DNA of 64,000 nt from Eledone cirrhosa (GCA_964016885.1 OZ024742.1:21328001-21392000); one strand, 5' to 3'. Numbered from the stretch's first letter, positions 15,173 to 27,857 are shown. Translations and numbers: made by a program. The notes: generated by a model not told the origin, from the sequence alone.

Positions 15173-15295
15173 TAACAGATTAAAGTTTAAGAAAAGAATC
15201 GCTGCTTTCACCCTTAACAACCAAGCACCAATTCTTTGCTTAAACTTTAATCTGTTATTTTAATAAATATTTGCTCTACGGTTCTTATATATTTG
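15058..15295. mobile_element. Short repeat fragments in direct and inverted orientation inside (TA)n, probably PLE 3' ends
   Basis: gggtgaaagcagcgattcttttcttaaactttaatctgttattttaa occurs at 15058 (+), 15165-15213 (-), partly at 15231 (+) and again at 16794 (+). Most copies abut TA tracts. Confidence 0.6.
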
Positions 15296-15411
15296 ATATA
15301 TATATTTATCCTTATCGAGCCCTCTTGGGATTTTAGTCTTCACATTTATAACTAATTACTATATATATACATATATACATATATATATACATATATACAT
15401 ATATATATATA

Positions 15412-15732
15412 TAAAATAAAATAAAATAAATAAGTCAAATGTTTAAAATTTAGCTTCGTTTATTACTGCTATATATATGTCGGTGACAGCCATCTTTGGA
15501 TGTGACCTCTTCAGGCAGTCCGTGAAGAGGTCACAGCCAAAGATGGCTGTCACCGAAATATATATAGCAGTAATAATCGAAGCTAAATTTTAAACATTTG
15601 ACTTATTTATTTTATTTTATTTTACATTAGTCCGGAGTAACAAAACCAACCTGCGCACTTCGTCGAGTGCTCCATCTGCATACTTAGGTGTTGGTATACA
15701 ACCAACATATACTCAAAAATAAAAAAAAATTC
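15412..15732. mobile_element. Fold-back (inverted) PLE 3'-end insertion with two decayed hammerhead motifs
   Basis: Arms ~15412-15513 and ~15523-15623 are inverted copies; the right arm has an unpaired ~100-nt extension, and (TA)n flanks both sides. Left arm (-): actgc-CTGAAGA-stem II-GAcA-TATATA-TA-gcagt. The right arm keeps GAAA but lacks C3 and the 5' strand of stem I. Confidence 0.75.
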
Positions 15733-15784
<52 letters not shown>

Positions 15785-15786
<2 letters not shown>

Positions 15787-16110
15787 CGTTTCTGAATTTG
15801 TTTAGCAAGATTCTTTATCCGAAAACGTGTGTTGAAACCGATATTGTTATACTTTGGGAGGGTCATGTTGCCAATAAGAAACACACGCACCAGATGCTTT
15901 CACTTCAATTTATTATAATACATTTATAAATTTATGAATTTATAAATTTCCGGTTGGTTGGTTGGTTCCACAACCAGATGGTTGTTTATATAGTGTCAAA
16001 GTTCTTTCGTCACACATTATGTGACCTCTTCAGTGACTGGGGATTCTTTTCTTTGTTTTTGTGCCTCTTCTTTGTTCTGTCCTACGCCATCTTGTTTCTG
16101 TGTATGTGTT
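15785..16110 (-). mobile_element. Neptune-type PLE 3' end (pseudo-LTR) fragment
   Basis: Highly similar to the reverse complement of 27520-27847; its 3' end abuts (TA)n. Confidence 0.88.
15995..16037 (-). ncRNA. Minimal type-I hammerhead ribozyme (Neptune-type family)
   Basis: gtca-CTGAAGA-g-gtcaca[taatg]tgtgac-GAAA-g-aa-c-TT-tgac: stem I, core, stem II and a 2-bp stem III. Confidence 0.7.
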
Positions 16111-16133
16111 GAACCCTTAACGGGATCTTCTGA

Positions 16134-16219
<86 letters not shown>

Positions 16220-16269
16220 ATATGTATGTATATATGTATATATGTATATATGTATATATATATATATCT

Positions 16270-16638
16270 CGTGTCTGAATTTTTTTAGCACGATTCTTTA
16301 TCTGAAAACGTGTGTTGAAACCGATAATGTTATACTTTGGGAGGGTCATGTTTCTAATAAGAAACACATGCACCAGATGCTTTCACTTCAATTTATTATA
16401 ATAAATGTGTGACGAAAGAACTTTGTCAATATATAAACAATCATCTGGTTGTGGAACCAACCAACCAATCGGAAATTTATAAATTCCTAAATTTATAAAT
16501 TTATTATAATAAATTGAAGTGAAAGCAACTGGTGCGTGTGTTTCTTATTGGCAACATGACCATCCCAAAGTATAACAATATCGGTTTCAACACACGTTTT
16601 CTGATAAAGAATCTTGCTAAACAAATTCAGAAACGAAA
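16270..16638. mobile_element. Head-to-head inverted pair of Neptune-type PLE 3' ends
   Basis: 16270-16403 (-) and 16405-16638 (+) both match the 27615-27847 terminus; flanked by (TA)n on both sides. Confidence 0.88.
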
Positions 16639-16897
16639 TATATATATATATATGTTTTTTCCCGTTCTTTGCCAGCGAACGTCACCATGAACCAAAGTAT
16701 CGTCTTCCTGTCTTCCTCCGGTTGCAACGTTTTTTGAAATATCCAGTTCTGCGTTTACAGATTGACTTTGTTAGTTTCAGAAGATCCCGTTAAGGGTGAA
16801 AGCAGCGATTCTTTGCTTAAACTTTAATCTGTTATTTTAATAAATATATGTATATATATATATATATATACATATATACATACATATATATACATAT

Positions 16898-16974
<77 letters not shown>

Positions 16975-17853
16975 GATTGGTTAAATTTAAATACATGTAG
17001 ACACGACAATACACACAAACAACACTTACAGAACTAAATGCAATTACATACATACATATCCATACAGAAACAAACTTTAGTGGAAGATGATCAAGATAGC
17101 CCAAGCGCTCAGACTAAGGAAACCTGCAAAGCCAAAGAAAGAACCCTCTCTTTCCATCTAAAACAGTCTCATAAAAATTAAATTGAACAGATTTTATCTA
17201 AACGACATATTAGCCATCTAAACTGAAAATTGATAACAAATTGAATTTTCTACGCGCATTTGCAGAGATTCTCCGATTTGATAATTTCCATTCAAATATT
17301 ACGGTCAAATTTCTTGTTATGAAGTGTTTTATTTTACGATATGAATTTAAATTTGATTGTTTTTGCAGCTTTTAATAATACACTTGGAAATTGTTTCCAT
17401 TTTTTTTCAAAATGTAAACATACATATCAAATTGCCAGTAGAAAGCAACCAGCTCTATCAGATGTTTTACGATTCATTACAGAATAACGTTTTGTTTTAT
17501 TTTTCTCGAGAGAATTTATAAAAATTGTTTTTGATAAATACATATTGAATTTTGCTTTATATCGGTGAACATTAAATCGAAATACTGAAGATTTATACAA
17601 GAAAATTAAATTTAACTTTCATATTTTATAGGGATGGAATTTTTAACACATCCAAACAGACACACAGACACACAGACACACAAACACACACATACACACA
17701 TATATATATATTTATAAATATATGTATATATATATATGTGTGTGTGTATAATATATGTGTATATATATATATGTATGCACATATATATGTATGTATATAT
17801 AATATATATGTATGTATATTTATATATATATATATATTTGTATATATATATAT

Positions 17854-18236
17854 GTCGGAAGAAGGATCAGGATGGAGAGAGAGGTGCTGCACCCCAGTCG
17901 TTTTTATGAAAGGTGGGTGAAAGTGGCGAGAATGGCCCGTGTGAATGGGCCTTCTCTTTACATAAGCCTGTAGGTGGAAAAGAGGAAGGAACGAGGGAGC
18001 ACCCCCTCTCTGTGCTCCTGAGGAAAAGGGTTGCACACTTTTTTCGGGGGTGTGTGCGACCCCCCAAGGCGCCTCCTCTCTATTGAGGATTTTGTTAAAA
18101 ATTTTATTTTTGTTATATCTTATTTTATTTTTATATTTTGTTATTGCCTCCTCCTTATTGAGGACGCCTTTTTGTGTAAACTCCCCCCTTTGTACTTGTC
18201 CCACTTTTGATGCCCTAGTGGCAAATAAAAGAAATC
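17854..18236 (+). mobile_element. GC-richer insertion in (TA)n with a decayed hammerhead-like motif, probable PLE terminus
   Basis: CTGAGGA (18018), then stem gggttgcacac/gtgtgcgaccc, then ccAA-GGCGCC-TC (palindromic stem III with GAAA eroded). Both flanks are TA-rich microsatellite. Confidence 0.4.
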
Positions 18237-18248
18237 TATATATGTATT

Positions 18249-18323
<75 letters not shown>

Positions 18324-18731
18324 ATAAATATATGAAGGCATATAGATTTTCATTTAAAGAAAAATTAAATCTAGTGGTAATAAAGGTGTGTATATGGGAA
18401 ACTTTGAAAGGCTTTTAGGAGATGATAATTCGTATTTCGAATCAACTCACATAAAACAGTCTTTGCAAATGTGATGAAATCTAATCTAAATCATTTACAG
18501 TAAATGATATTTTAATGAGCACAATATTTATTATCATATTTAGAATACTGGAACATCATTATCAATGCTCATAAGGACATTTCTTTCGCAAACATCCAAC
18601 TACACACATCTGTATTTTTGTATATCTATTTATATGTATATGCAAACTTAAGTATATATATATATATATATGTATATGTTTATGTGTGTGTGTATAAATA
18701 CGTACATATATATGTTTTATTTATATGTATA

Positions 18732-18771
<40 letters not shown>

Positions 18772-18778
<7 letters not shown>

Positions 18779-19137
18779 GTGAGGTTTTTTTTACAAAATG
18801 AAAAATAACCGAGGTGTCCTACACGAGTGAAAGTATAAAGAAAAAGAGATGAAATCGAAAATGCAACTGGAGTATTATTTTTAAAAAAAATATATATATT
18901 TATTTGGTTCCTTTACCGGTTTTGCAGTTCTTCTGCTTTTCAAAAGGTGAGTTGAGATGGAGGGTCTGTGGTTTTTCTCAGATCTGTGATGTGAGAAAAA
19001 CCACAGACCCTCCATCTCAACTCACCTTTTGAAAAGCAGAAGAACTGCGAAACCGGTAAAGGAACCAAATAAATATATATATATTTTTTTTAAATAATAC
19101 TCCAGTTGCATTTTCGATTTCATCTCTTTTTCTTTAT
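18772..19137. mobile_element. Fold-back PLE 3'-end insertion (146-bp inverted arms)
   Basis: Near-perfect inverted repeat 18834-18980 / 18992-19137. The unpaired 60-nt extension 18772-18833 partly recurs at 28875-28913. Flanked by (TA)n. Confidence 0.82.
19025..19062 (+). ncRNA. Minimal type-I hammerhead ribozyme, U3:A8 core variant
   Basis: cctt-TTGAAAA-gcag[aagaa]ctgc-GAAA-CCGG-TA-aagg: 4-bp stem I, G10.1:C11.1, palindromic ACCGGT stem III and a GUA cleavage triplet. Confidence 0.75.
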
Positions 19138-19159
19138 ATATATATATATATATATATAT

Positions 19160-19615
<456 letters not shown>

Positions 19616-19988
19616 TCTACCATTGAGTGCGTATAATTAAGCTTTTATTTGCTATAATGTTAAAATCACTGAGATGCAAAGCTGCAGTGAAGAGTTCAGA
19701 GTTATTATATTCTTATCAACTTAAAGATTTAATTTATAATATGTAGAATAAAGACTGAAGAAGTTGACGTAAATCATATAAAATAATCATTTCATTGACC
19801 AGCTTTGTACACTATCAGTACTCCAAAACGTATATAGGTTTTAATATCAGTTGTTTTGTAATATACACTTGGGAAATATTGCACAAACATTATAATTAGC
19901 AGTAAACATTAGCTTGAATGTAATTGGACATATACTGTGCTCTGTTGAAGGCCCTTTCACTGGATTCACACACACACATACACATACG

Positions 19989-20049
<61 letters not shown>

Positions 20050-20246
20050 TTAATATATAAGGGAACAAAGAACCAGTATTTCATCATATACATATTTATT
20101 TACATATTACATATATTTCCCTGTCGATCAGTTCGAGGAACGATCTATTAATGATCGAACCTGACTCTGGAATAGGAAGCTCCTGAGAGAGGTTTTAACA
20201 TATCTCTATCGCGGGCGGGTAAAATTCCCGAGATAAAAATATGCCG

Positions 20247-20284
20247 TTCCCATGCCGTGAATTGAAGCCGGGTCGCCTGTGTTT
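20247..20284 (-). pseudogene. tRNA-Glu-like 3' half fragment (pseudo-tRNA or SINE head remnant)
   Basis: Minus strand cacaggcgacccggcttcaattcacggcatgggaa resembles, from memory, the metazoan tRNA-Glu(TTC) 3' half cccaggcggcccgggttcgactcccggtatgggaa. The 5' half is absent. Confidence 0.45.
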
Positions 20285-20310
20285 TAACATATATACATAT
20301 ATATATATAT

Positions 20311-20474
20311 GTTTATCCCGGGTTGAATTGGGGGTAACCACAGTAATGAAGGTACTCAATACATTGCAGAGTATAAATATTTAATATAGAAATGGCTTCT
20401 ATAGGGCTATACCTGTTTCATTCGGGATGACTTCTCCCCAATGAAACAGTTCTAGCCCTGTAGAAGTCATTTTC

Positions 20475-20478
<4 letters not shown>
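20311..20478. mobile_element. Short fold-back insertion in (TA)n, probable PLE terminus
   Basis: Imperfect hairpin 20383-20478 with an unpaired ~70-nt left extension. The left arm (-) reads GAAACAGGTA near the loop, like a hammerhead 3' half. Confidence 0.55.
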
Positions 20479-20552
<74 letters not shown>

Positions 20553-20729
20553 TATATATACATTCCAAAACAACCATGATTCTATAAACACTATATCCCC
20601 TATAATTTCACCAACTAACAACCCTTTGAACCATAACCACCCAACCGCAAACCCTTCTCTCTCATATAAAAATGTAAATACAAATAATAGCACTGTTATT
20701 GGGAATATAACAACCACAACTGACACCCT

Positions 20730-21157
20730 ATGTACAAACGGTTGTAATTGTAGAGTAAAAAGTAGTTGCCCCTTAAATGGAAATTGCTTAATTAATAATA
20801 GTGTATAAATGTATAATTACCACTAAGGACTCTAATCAATCCTATATTGGATCCACATCTAATCAGTTTAAATCGAGATTTTATGCACACACCCACAGTT
20901 TTCGAAACTAATACCACTTATTTAGCAGAAGTAGTTAATAATTGTAAAAAGAAGAAAATTAATTATAACCTAACTTGGAAGATTCTCAAAAGAGCCATTT
21001 CTTTTCAGGGCAATAGAAAGGAGTGTGGACTATGTTCCCAAGAAATGTTTGAATTACTAAATCGAAAGACATTCTATTAAATAAAAGAAAAGAGTTATTT
21101 ATCGCATGTAACCATAGAATTGGAAAGACATTCAAGTATTTACAACTAAACAAATAA
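20730..21157 (+). pseudogene. Frameshifted GIY-YIG endonuclease of a Penelope-like element (Naiad-type)
   Basis: Joining three frameshifts gives CNCRVKSSCPLNGNCL / VYKCIITTKDSNQSYIGSTSNQFKSRFYAHTHSFR / TTYLAEVV...YNLTWKILKRA...KECGLCSQEM / LLNKRKELFIACNH. This shows a CxCx5Cx5C linker, a VY-YIG motif and C-terminal CxxC and CxH. Confidence 0.85.
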
Positions 21158-21175
21158 AGAAAAAAGTATAAAGAA

Positions 21176-21206
<31 letters not shown>

Positions 21207-21838
21207 GATCCAATCCTATATTTCATCCCTATAACTGTTTTAAATAAGTAACTATTAATGAGCACTATATATTACATTATATTCAACAAAACATTGACAG
21301 ACATGCATTTAAACCTATTAAGAAAACCAGATTATTAATGAAATTTCTTATTCGAAAATAAAATTCCCTACAGATAAAGCTTCATTCTGTCCACTCTAAC
21401 ACAATACAATACTTACACACATTTTATTATTTTCTTACCTATATATTTTTTAATCTACTTTTTACTTTTCTTTAGTTCCATCTATATTCCTCTACTTGTT
21501 CTAATTTTAGAACAAATTATTCCTCTTGAACAAAGAAATAACAAATATTTAGGATTGGTCTATACTATAATACACTGATATCCGCACCCCTTTTTTCTCC
21601 AACTTTAATCTTCCTTGACCACACTTTTCTGAAATTTGTATACAATCTGTCAAAAATCCTTTACACTCGCAACTTTCTTTTCTTAAAGGTTATTCCAGAC
21701 TTCATCCCCTGACTGCTAATTTATTCATCTACTACTACCAGCTTAATGATCTATATTGCCCCTTCCTATTTTTACTATTGATCAATCTCAAAAGGTTTCT
21801 TATTCATACATGTTTTTATATTCTTCAATAAATAAAAC

Positions 21839-21977
21839 TCATTATTCTGAAGAAATAATGGTAGGGAAGACGTATGTATATTTTCTTACTTTGATAATTT
21901 GCAATATATTTTACATACATCACTAATAGAATGAACATACGGAAAACTACCCGCCAGAAACGATCGTAAAATAATGA
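21839..21977 (+). ncRNA. Hammerhead ribozyme candidate with ~100-nt stem II, downstream of the Naiad-type EN
   Basis: tcattatt-CTGAAGA-[ggtag..cgtatgt / acatacg..ctacc]-GAAA-CGATCG-TA-a-aataatga, with palindromic stem III ACGATCGT. Confidence 0.55.
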
Positions 21978-22330
21978 ATTTTATTATGAATTACTCGTAA
22001 ATTGATTCATTTCATTGTTTTCACTATTTGTATTATTTAGACTATGCTTCCAATGAATTATATCGTTGAATTTAGAATTTTAAACTTTGCTTCACGACAT
22101 CTTCTACATACGGATTAGATTGAGTTCTTCATTCGGCTTGGATCCTACCATTAATTGGTCGATTTATCTGTATATATATATATATATATGTTGTTATACT
22201 TTGGGAGGGTCATGTTGCCAATAAGAAACACACGCACCAGTTGCTTTCACTTCAATTTATTATAAATTTAGGAATTTATAAATTTCCGATTGGTTTGTTG
22301 GTTCCACAATCAGACGATTGTTCATATATT

Positions 22331-22373
22331 GTCAAAGTTCTTTCGTCACAAATTATGTGACCTCTTCAGTGAC
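22331..22373 (-). ncRNA. Minimal type-I hammerhead ribozyme in the PLE 3' UTR
   Basis: gtca-CTGAAGA-g-gtcaca[taatt]tgtgac-GAAA-g-aa-c-TT-tgac. Confidence 0.7.
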
Positions 22374-22605
22374 TGGGGATTCTTTCCTTTGTTTTTTTGC
22401 CTCTCCTTTCTTCTGTCCTATGCTATCTTGTTTTTGCGTGTGTTGTGTGCTTAGTTTGCGCATGTGTAACATCCGGGTGTCTGTGTGTGTTTATATTTGT
22501 TTATTTATTTGTTTATTTACATGTTACTGGTTGGTTGTTTGTTCTATGTGTGTGCGTGTTTTCATTTTGTCCTTAATTCTAAGTTGTAATGTTGCTATTC
22601 CATTC

Positions 22606-25527
22606 ATGCTTTCTATTTCATTTTGGTTGGAGTTCATTTATGTTTATTGCCTCTGTGATTTGTCTAAACATTGCGTCTTTTCTGTGTGTAGATTCTATTT
22701 TTATTTCTATGCTCTCTAATTTACCCTTATGTTCTATTTTAGCATGTTGGTAGAGTACAGATGTTCTTTACTATCTTGAAGCTCTCGCCAGTGTTCATTT
22801 ATCCGTTCTCCTATACTACGAGCTGTCTCGTCTATGTACACTATATTCTTATCTCTACATTGTCCTTCAGTACATCTTATGCTATATACTACATTTCTAG
22901 TTTTACAGTTAATGTGGGGGCTTAATTTACAGATTATACATCTCTTATCTATACAGGGAAGTATTTGAAAAGGGTATGTATTGCTAATAAGTGTTTTTAT
23001 GGGGGTACCTGGTCTTTCTACTATCTTAATATTGAGTTTATGTTTATCTAGGGCCCTTCTGAATGTGAAAGCTAACTCACCTCTAGGAGTTGTATTGATG
23101 AACATTACACTCTGGTATTTATTGCTATCATTTATTCTATTAACCTTATTCCTAGTTCTTTCTATTCTATTCCAAAATTTGCTCCTATACAAGGGGCAGG
23201 TCCCATTTGTATCATTATTTACCATTTTTTCCCATTTGGTTCTGGCTCCTCTATATACTCTGATCTTATCTCTCTGATTGTAAGCAGAGAACTGCATAAG
23301 GTGGATGAAGTGTTGTATGTGACTCTCTAATTCTTTAGGGTTGCACATGCGGGACACGTTTCTCATCACCCGTACCGAATCCGCAATCAGTATGTTGATT
23401 TTGGTGTGGTCCGAAACAGCTGAGTTTCGGTGGATCAGATATTTGGAAGTCATGGGTTTGGAATAATGGGAATGGAGGATCTGTTTTTTGTTATTGATAG
23501 TATCTAACCAGAGTTCTGTGTCTAGTACAGGTAATCGATGGTTGGGGTGTTTACTTGGGTAGTCTATAGTAACTCTAATACTCTGGTGGATGGAGTTAGC
23601 TATTTGCTGGATGCTTTCCATGGTGTTTTTCTCTAATTCCTGACTGTTCTCTAGTGGGGTGTTTTTACTACGATGTTTTTATCATCAACGTAGCGGGAGT
23701 ACATTATCAGTGTTAAGAGGTTGCTGTCTTCTAATTGTTCTTTAAGTTTAAGTTTACGTCTATTGTCCCACCATGCCATGAATAGGTTAGCTATGTCACC
23801 TGCAATGCTAACACCAATGGCTGCTCCATCCTCTTGGGCATATGTTTTCCCATTAAATTTGAACATATGTTCCTTAAGGGTTAATTTTATACTGGCCCCC
23901 ACCGCATGTGCAATCATTTTCTTTAGTTCATCGTGGTTTTCGGGTGTCCGTGTGGCTCTGGTCCACCCGTTCCATCTAGCTGTGTGGGTTTTCTTGGCCA
24001 TTGAGGTAATGGTTGGTGGTCTGCCTCTTGCTTGTCTTGTAGGGCACAGGTTGCTATGGTCATATATATCTAGATAATTATTACTATAAGTAAGTTTAAG
24101 TAGGAATCCCAGCTCACTGGTATCAATCCCACGGAATTCAACATTGCTCTCATTGATTATTTCTACGCATTTCTCCAAAGCAAAATCCACGTCAATAGAT
24201 TGATACAGGGACACAACATCCATACTGCTTATTATGCAGTTTGTTAGGTCCCTAGATCGGTTACCTTCGCTGATTCTGCTGAGGAGATCCTCCGTGCCGT
24301 CAGATATATCTGGGGACATTTCAATGATGGGGCGTATGATCAGGAAGAGGAAGTAGGAAAGTCTGTAGTTACTAGTAATGTTAGCTCCACAGACTGGCCG
24401 TGTGGTTGGTCCTGTGACAGGGTCACTGCTCGTTTTATGGTCTTTTCGAAGCCCATTCAACGCTGACACGGCATTGTTCCCGGCCTAGAAGTTGTTGGCA
24501 GTCCTTTTGTTGGGCTGCATTATGTTTGTCCACATCATCATATGGGCATTTAGGGTTTTTTCTCGAACCTCATGCTCTTGTGGTGTTACTTCTCTTGTGT
24601 TAGTGATGTGGATTTGCATTGCCTGGATGTAGTTTGACAGACTGTCAACCGACATTCTGCCAGACTTGTCTGTTGGAAAGCATGCAATCTCTCCATCAAG
24701 CGAGCGCTGCATACGCTTACGCAAGCCATTTGCAGATGTTTCTCCCAGTTGCTGGGCCTCGATTCTAGTTTGCTTCTTACTATACTATTCTATCATATTT
24801 CTAAGTTTATATCTAGCTATACTAAATTCTGCTTCTGTTTGTTCATCGACCTGCGACGGCAATTGCGTGCGTTTGTTAAAAGCTAAATTCGTGGCGTGGA
24901 CTCGTCGCAGGTCGAAAGACTTATCGGAATGATTATAAAACGTAGAGTTCCAGGCTGCTGCTTTATGTGTACTATTGGTATTGTTATTGTTTATTGTGTT
25001 GTTTCTATTTCTATTTCCACCAACAGCCTCATGGTTGTTTCTATGTCTCTCATTATTACTCCTGTCTCTTTCCTCTGGCTTTTTGTTATTATCTACTCTA
25101 TTTTGTGTGTCTGTGTGTTCTTCCTGGTTATTTTCTCTGTCAGTATTGATAGTCTCCCTTCTCCTTTCAATCCTATTATCTTTTCTTATTTCTGTGTTAC
25201 TGTAATTACCTGTTTTTTGTGTCTGTGTGTTTGGTAAGATTGTGGTGGTGAGAGGCATAGAATGTGTGTGTGTTGTTGTTGTTGTTGATGTGTGCTGTTG
25301 TTGATGTGTACTATTGTTGATGTGTGTTGTTGTTGTTGTCTCCGTGTATGTTATTATTGTTGTGTGTGTTGTTATTGTTGTTTGTGTCTGGGTGTCTGTT
25401 GTTGTTGGGATGTGTGTTGTATGTGTGTGTGTGTCTGCGTATGTTGTTAATTTTATTTTTGTTTTTGTTTTTGAGCCTCCAACGTAATTTTGTAAATGAT
25501 TTTTCTATTTCTGACAAGCATTTTATC
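22606..25527 (-). pseudogene. PLE reverse transcriptase / GIY-YIG polyprotein, disrupted
   Basis: ORF pieces 25311-25527, 24785-25258, 24485-24724, 23651-24469 and 22734-23621 are collinear parts of one PLE ORF, separated by stops or frameshifts. Confidence 0.88.
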
Positions 25528-27354
25528 AGCAGTGACCCTGTCAGAGGATCACCAACACGGCCAGTCTGTGGAGCTAACATTGCTAGTAACTAGAGACTTT
25601 CCTACTTCCTCTCCCTGATCATACGCCCCATCATTGAAATGTCCCCAGATATATGTGACAGCACGGAGGACCTCCTCAGCAGAATCAGCGAAGGTAACCG
25701 ATCTAGGGACCTAACAAACTGCATAATAGGCAGTATGGATTTTGTGTCCCTGTATCCATCTATTGACGTGGATTTTGCTGTGGAGAAATGCGTAGAAATG
25801 ATCAGTGAGAGCAATGTTGAATTCCGTGGGATTGATACCAGTGAGCTGGGACTCCTACTTAAACTTACTTATAGTAATAATTATCTAGATACATATGACC
25901 ATAGCAGCCTGTGCCCTACAAGACCAGCAAGAGGCAGACCACCAACCATTACCTCAATGGCCAATAAAACCCACACAGATAGATGGAACGGGTGGACTAG
26001 AGCCATACGGACCCCCGAAAACCACGATGAACTAAAGAAAATGATTGCACATGCGGTGGGGGCCAGTATAAAATTAACCCTTAAGGAATATATGTTCAAA
26101 TTTAATGGAAAAACATATGCTCAAGAGGAGGGAGCAGCCATTGGCGTTAGCATTGCAGGTGACATAGCTAACCTATTCATGGTAAGGTGGGACAATAGAC
26201 GTAAACTTAAACTTAGAGAACAATTAGAAGACAGCAACCTCTTAACCCTGATAATGTACTCCCGCTACGTTCATGATAAAAACATCGTAGTAAAAACACC
26301 CCACTAAAGAACAGTCAGGAATTAGAGAAAAACACCATGGAAAGCATCCAGCAAATAGCTAACTCCATCCACCAGAGTATTAGAGTTACTATAGACTACC
26401 CAAGTAAACACCCCAACCATCGATTACCTGTACTAGACACAGAGCTCTGGTTAGATACTATCAATAACAAAAAACAGATCCTCCATTCCCATTATTCCAA
26501 ACCCATGACTTCCAAATATCTGATCCACCGAAACTCAGCTGTTTCGGACCACACCAAAATCAACATACTGATTGCGGATTTAGTACGGGTGATGAGAAAC
26601 TTGTCCCGCATGTGCAACCCCAAAGAACTAGAGAGACACATACAACACTTCATCCACCATATGCAGTTCTCTGGTTACAATCAGAGAGATAAGATCAGAG
26701 TATATAGAGGAGCCAGAACCAAATGCGAAAAAATGGTAAATAATGATACTAATGGGACCTGCCCCTTGTATAGGAGCAAATTGTGGAATAGAATAGAAAG
26801 AACCAGTAATAGGGTTAATAGAATAAACTCATGGTATAATAGCAATAAATTCCAGAGTGTAATGTTCATCAATACAACCCCTATAGTTGAATTAGCTTAC
26901 AAATTCAGAATGGCCCTAGATAAACATAAACTCAATATTAAGATAGTAGAAAGACCAGGTACCTCCATAAAAACACTTCTTAGCAATGCATACCCTTTTA
27001 AAAGACCTCCCTGTATAGATGAGAAATGTATAATCTGTAAATTAAGTCCCCATCTTAACTGTAAAAGTAGAAATGTAGTATATAGCATAAGATGTACTGA
27101 AGGACAATGTAGTGATAAGAATATATGGTACATAGGTGAGACAGCTCGTAGTATAGGAGAATGGATAAATGAACACTGGCGAGAGCTTCAAGATAGTAAA
27201 GAAACATCTGTACTCTACCAACATGCTAAAATAGAACATAAGGGTAAATTAGAGTACATAGAAATAAAAATAGAATCTACACACAGAAAAGACACATGTT
27301 TAGACAAATCACAGAGGCAATAAACATAAATGAACTCCAACCAAAATGAAATAG
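25528..27354 (+). pseudogene. PLE RT core, thumb and GIY-YIG endonuclease, disrupted
   Basis: ORFs 25639-26307 (MDFVSLYPSI, QEEGAAIG, RYVHD with the catalytic YVDD mutated) and 26337-27323 (CIDEKCIIC, VVY..YIGETARS, H..H). Confidence 0.9.
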
Positions 27355-27592
27355 AAACCATGAATGGAATAGCAACATCACAACTTACAATTAAGGACAA
27401 AATGAAAACACACACACACATAGAACAAACAACCAACCAGTAACATGTAAATAAACAAATAAATAAACAAATATAAACACACACAGACATCCGGATGTAA
27501 CACATGTGCAAACTAAGCATACAACACACACAAAAACAAGATGGCGTAGGGCAGAACAAAAGTGAGGCAAAAAAACAAAGAAAAGAATCCCC

Positions 27593-27637
27593 AGTCACTG
27601 AAGAGGTCACAGAATGTGTGACGAAAGAACTCTGACT
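27593..27637 (+). ncRNA. Minimal type-I hammerhead ribozyme in the PLE 3' UTR
   Basis: agtca-CTGAAGA-g-gtcac[agaatgt]gtgac-GAAA-g-aa-c-TC-tgact: 5-bp stem I and a CUC cleavage triplet. Confidence 0.75.
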
Positions 27638-27857
27638 ATATATGAACAATCGTCTGGTTGTGGAACCAACAAACCAACCGGAAATTTATAAATTCCTAAA
27701 TTTATGAATTTAATTTATAATAAATTGAAGTGAAAGCATGTGGTGCGTGTGTTTCTTATTGGCAACATGACCCTCCCAAAGTATAACAATATCGGTTTAA
27801 ACACACGTTTTCAGATAAAGAATCTTGCTAAACAAATTCAGAAACAATATATATATA

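Larger units (their letters stand above)
22191..25527 (-). mobile_element. 5'-truncated Neptune-type Penelope-like retroelement (left copy)
   Basis: Broken ORF with PLE motifs PTDKSG, GLRKDHK, RPVC, MDVVSLY, QEDGAAIG and RYVDD, then a CIDKRCIIC linker, VVY..YI(D)ET GIY-YIG and RQITEA. The 3' UTR carries a hammerhead and ends at (TA)n. Confidence 0.92.
25528..27847 (+). mobile_element. 5'-truncated Neptune-type Penelope-like retroelement (right, inverted copy)
   Basis: Begins agcagtgaccctgtc, the reverse complement of 24416-24430. It mirrors the left copy to its 3' end, adds ~58 nt, then meets (TA)n. Confidence 0.92.

Noticed and set aside
16773-16812. Hammerhead at CAGAAGA-tcccgttaagggt-GAAAGCAGC (partial inverted copy at 16111-16138)
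   Set aside because: U4 is replaced by A, and no convincing stem I or NUH site could be built.
20730-21157. Selenocysteine recoding in the Naiad-type endonuclease
   Set aside because: All conserved Cys positions use TGT or TGC, and no SECIS was recognised.
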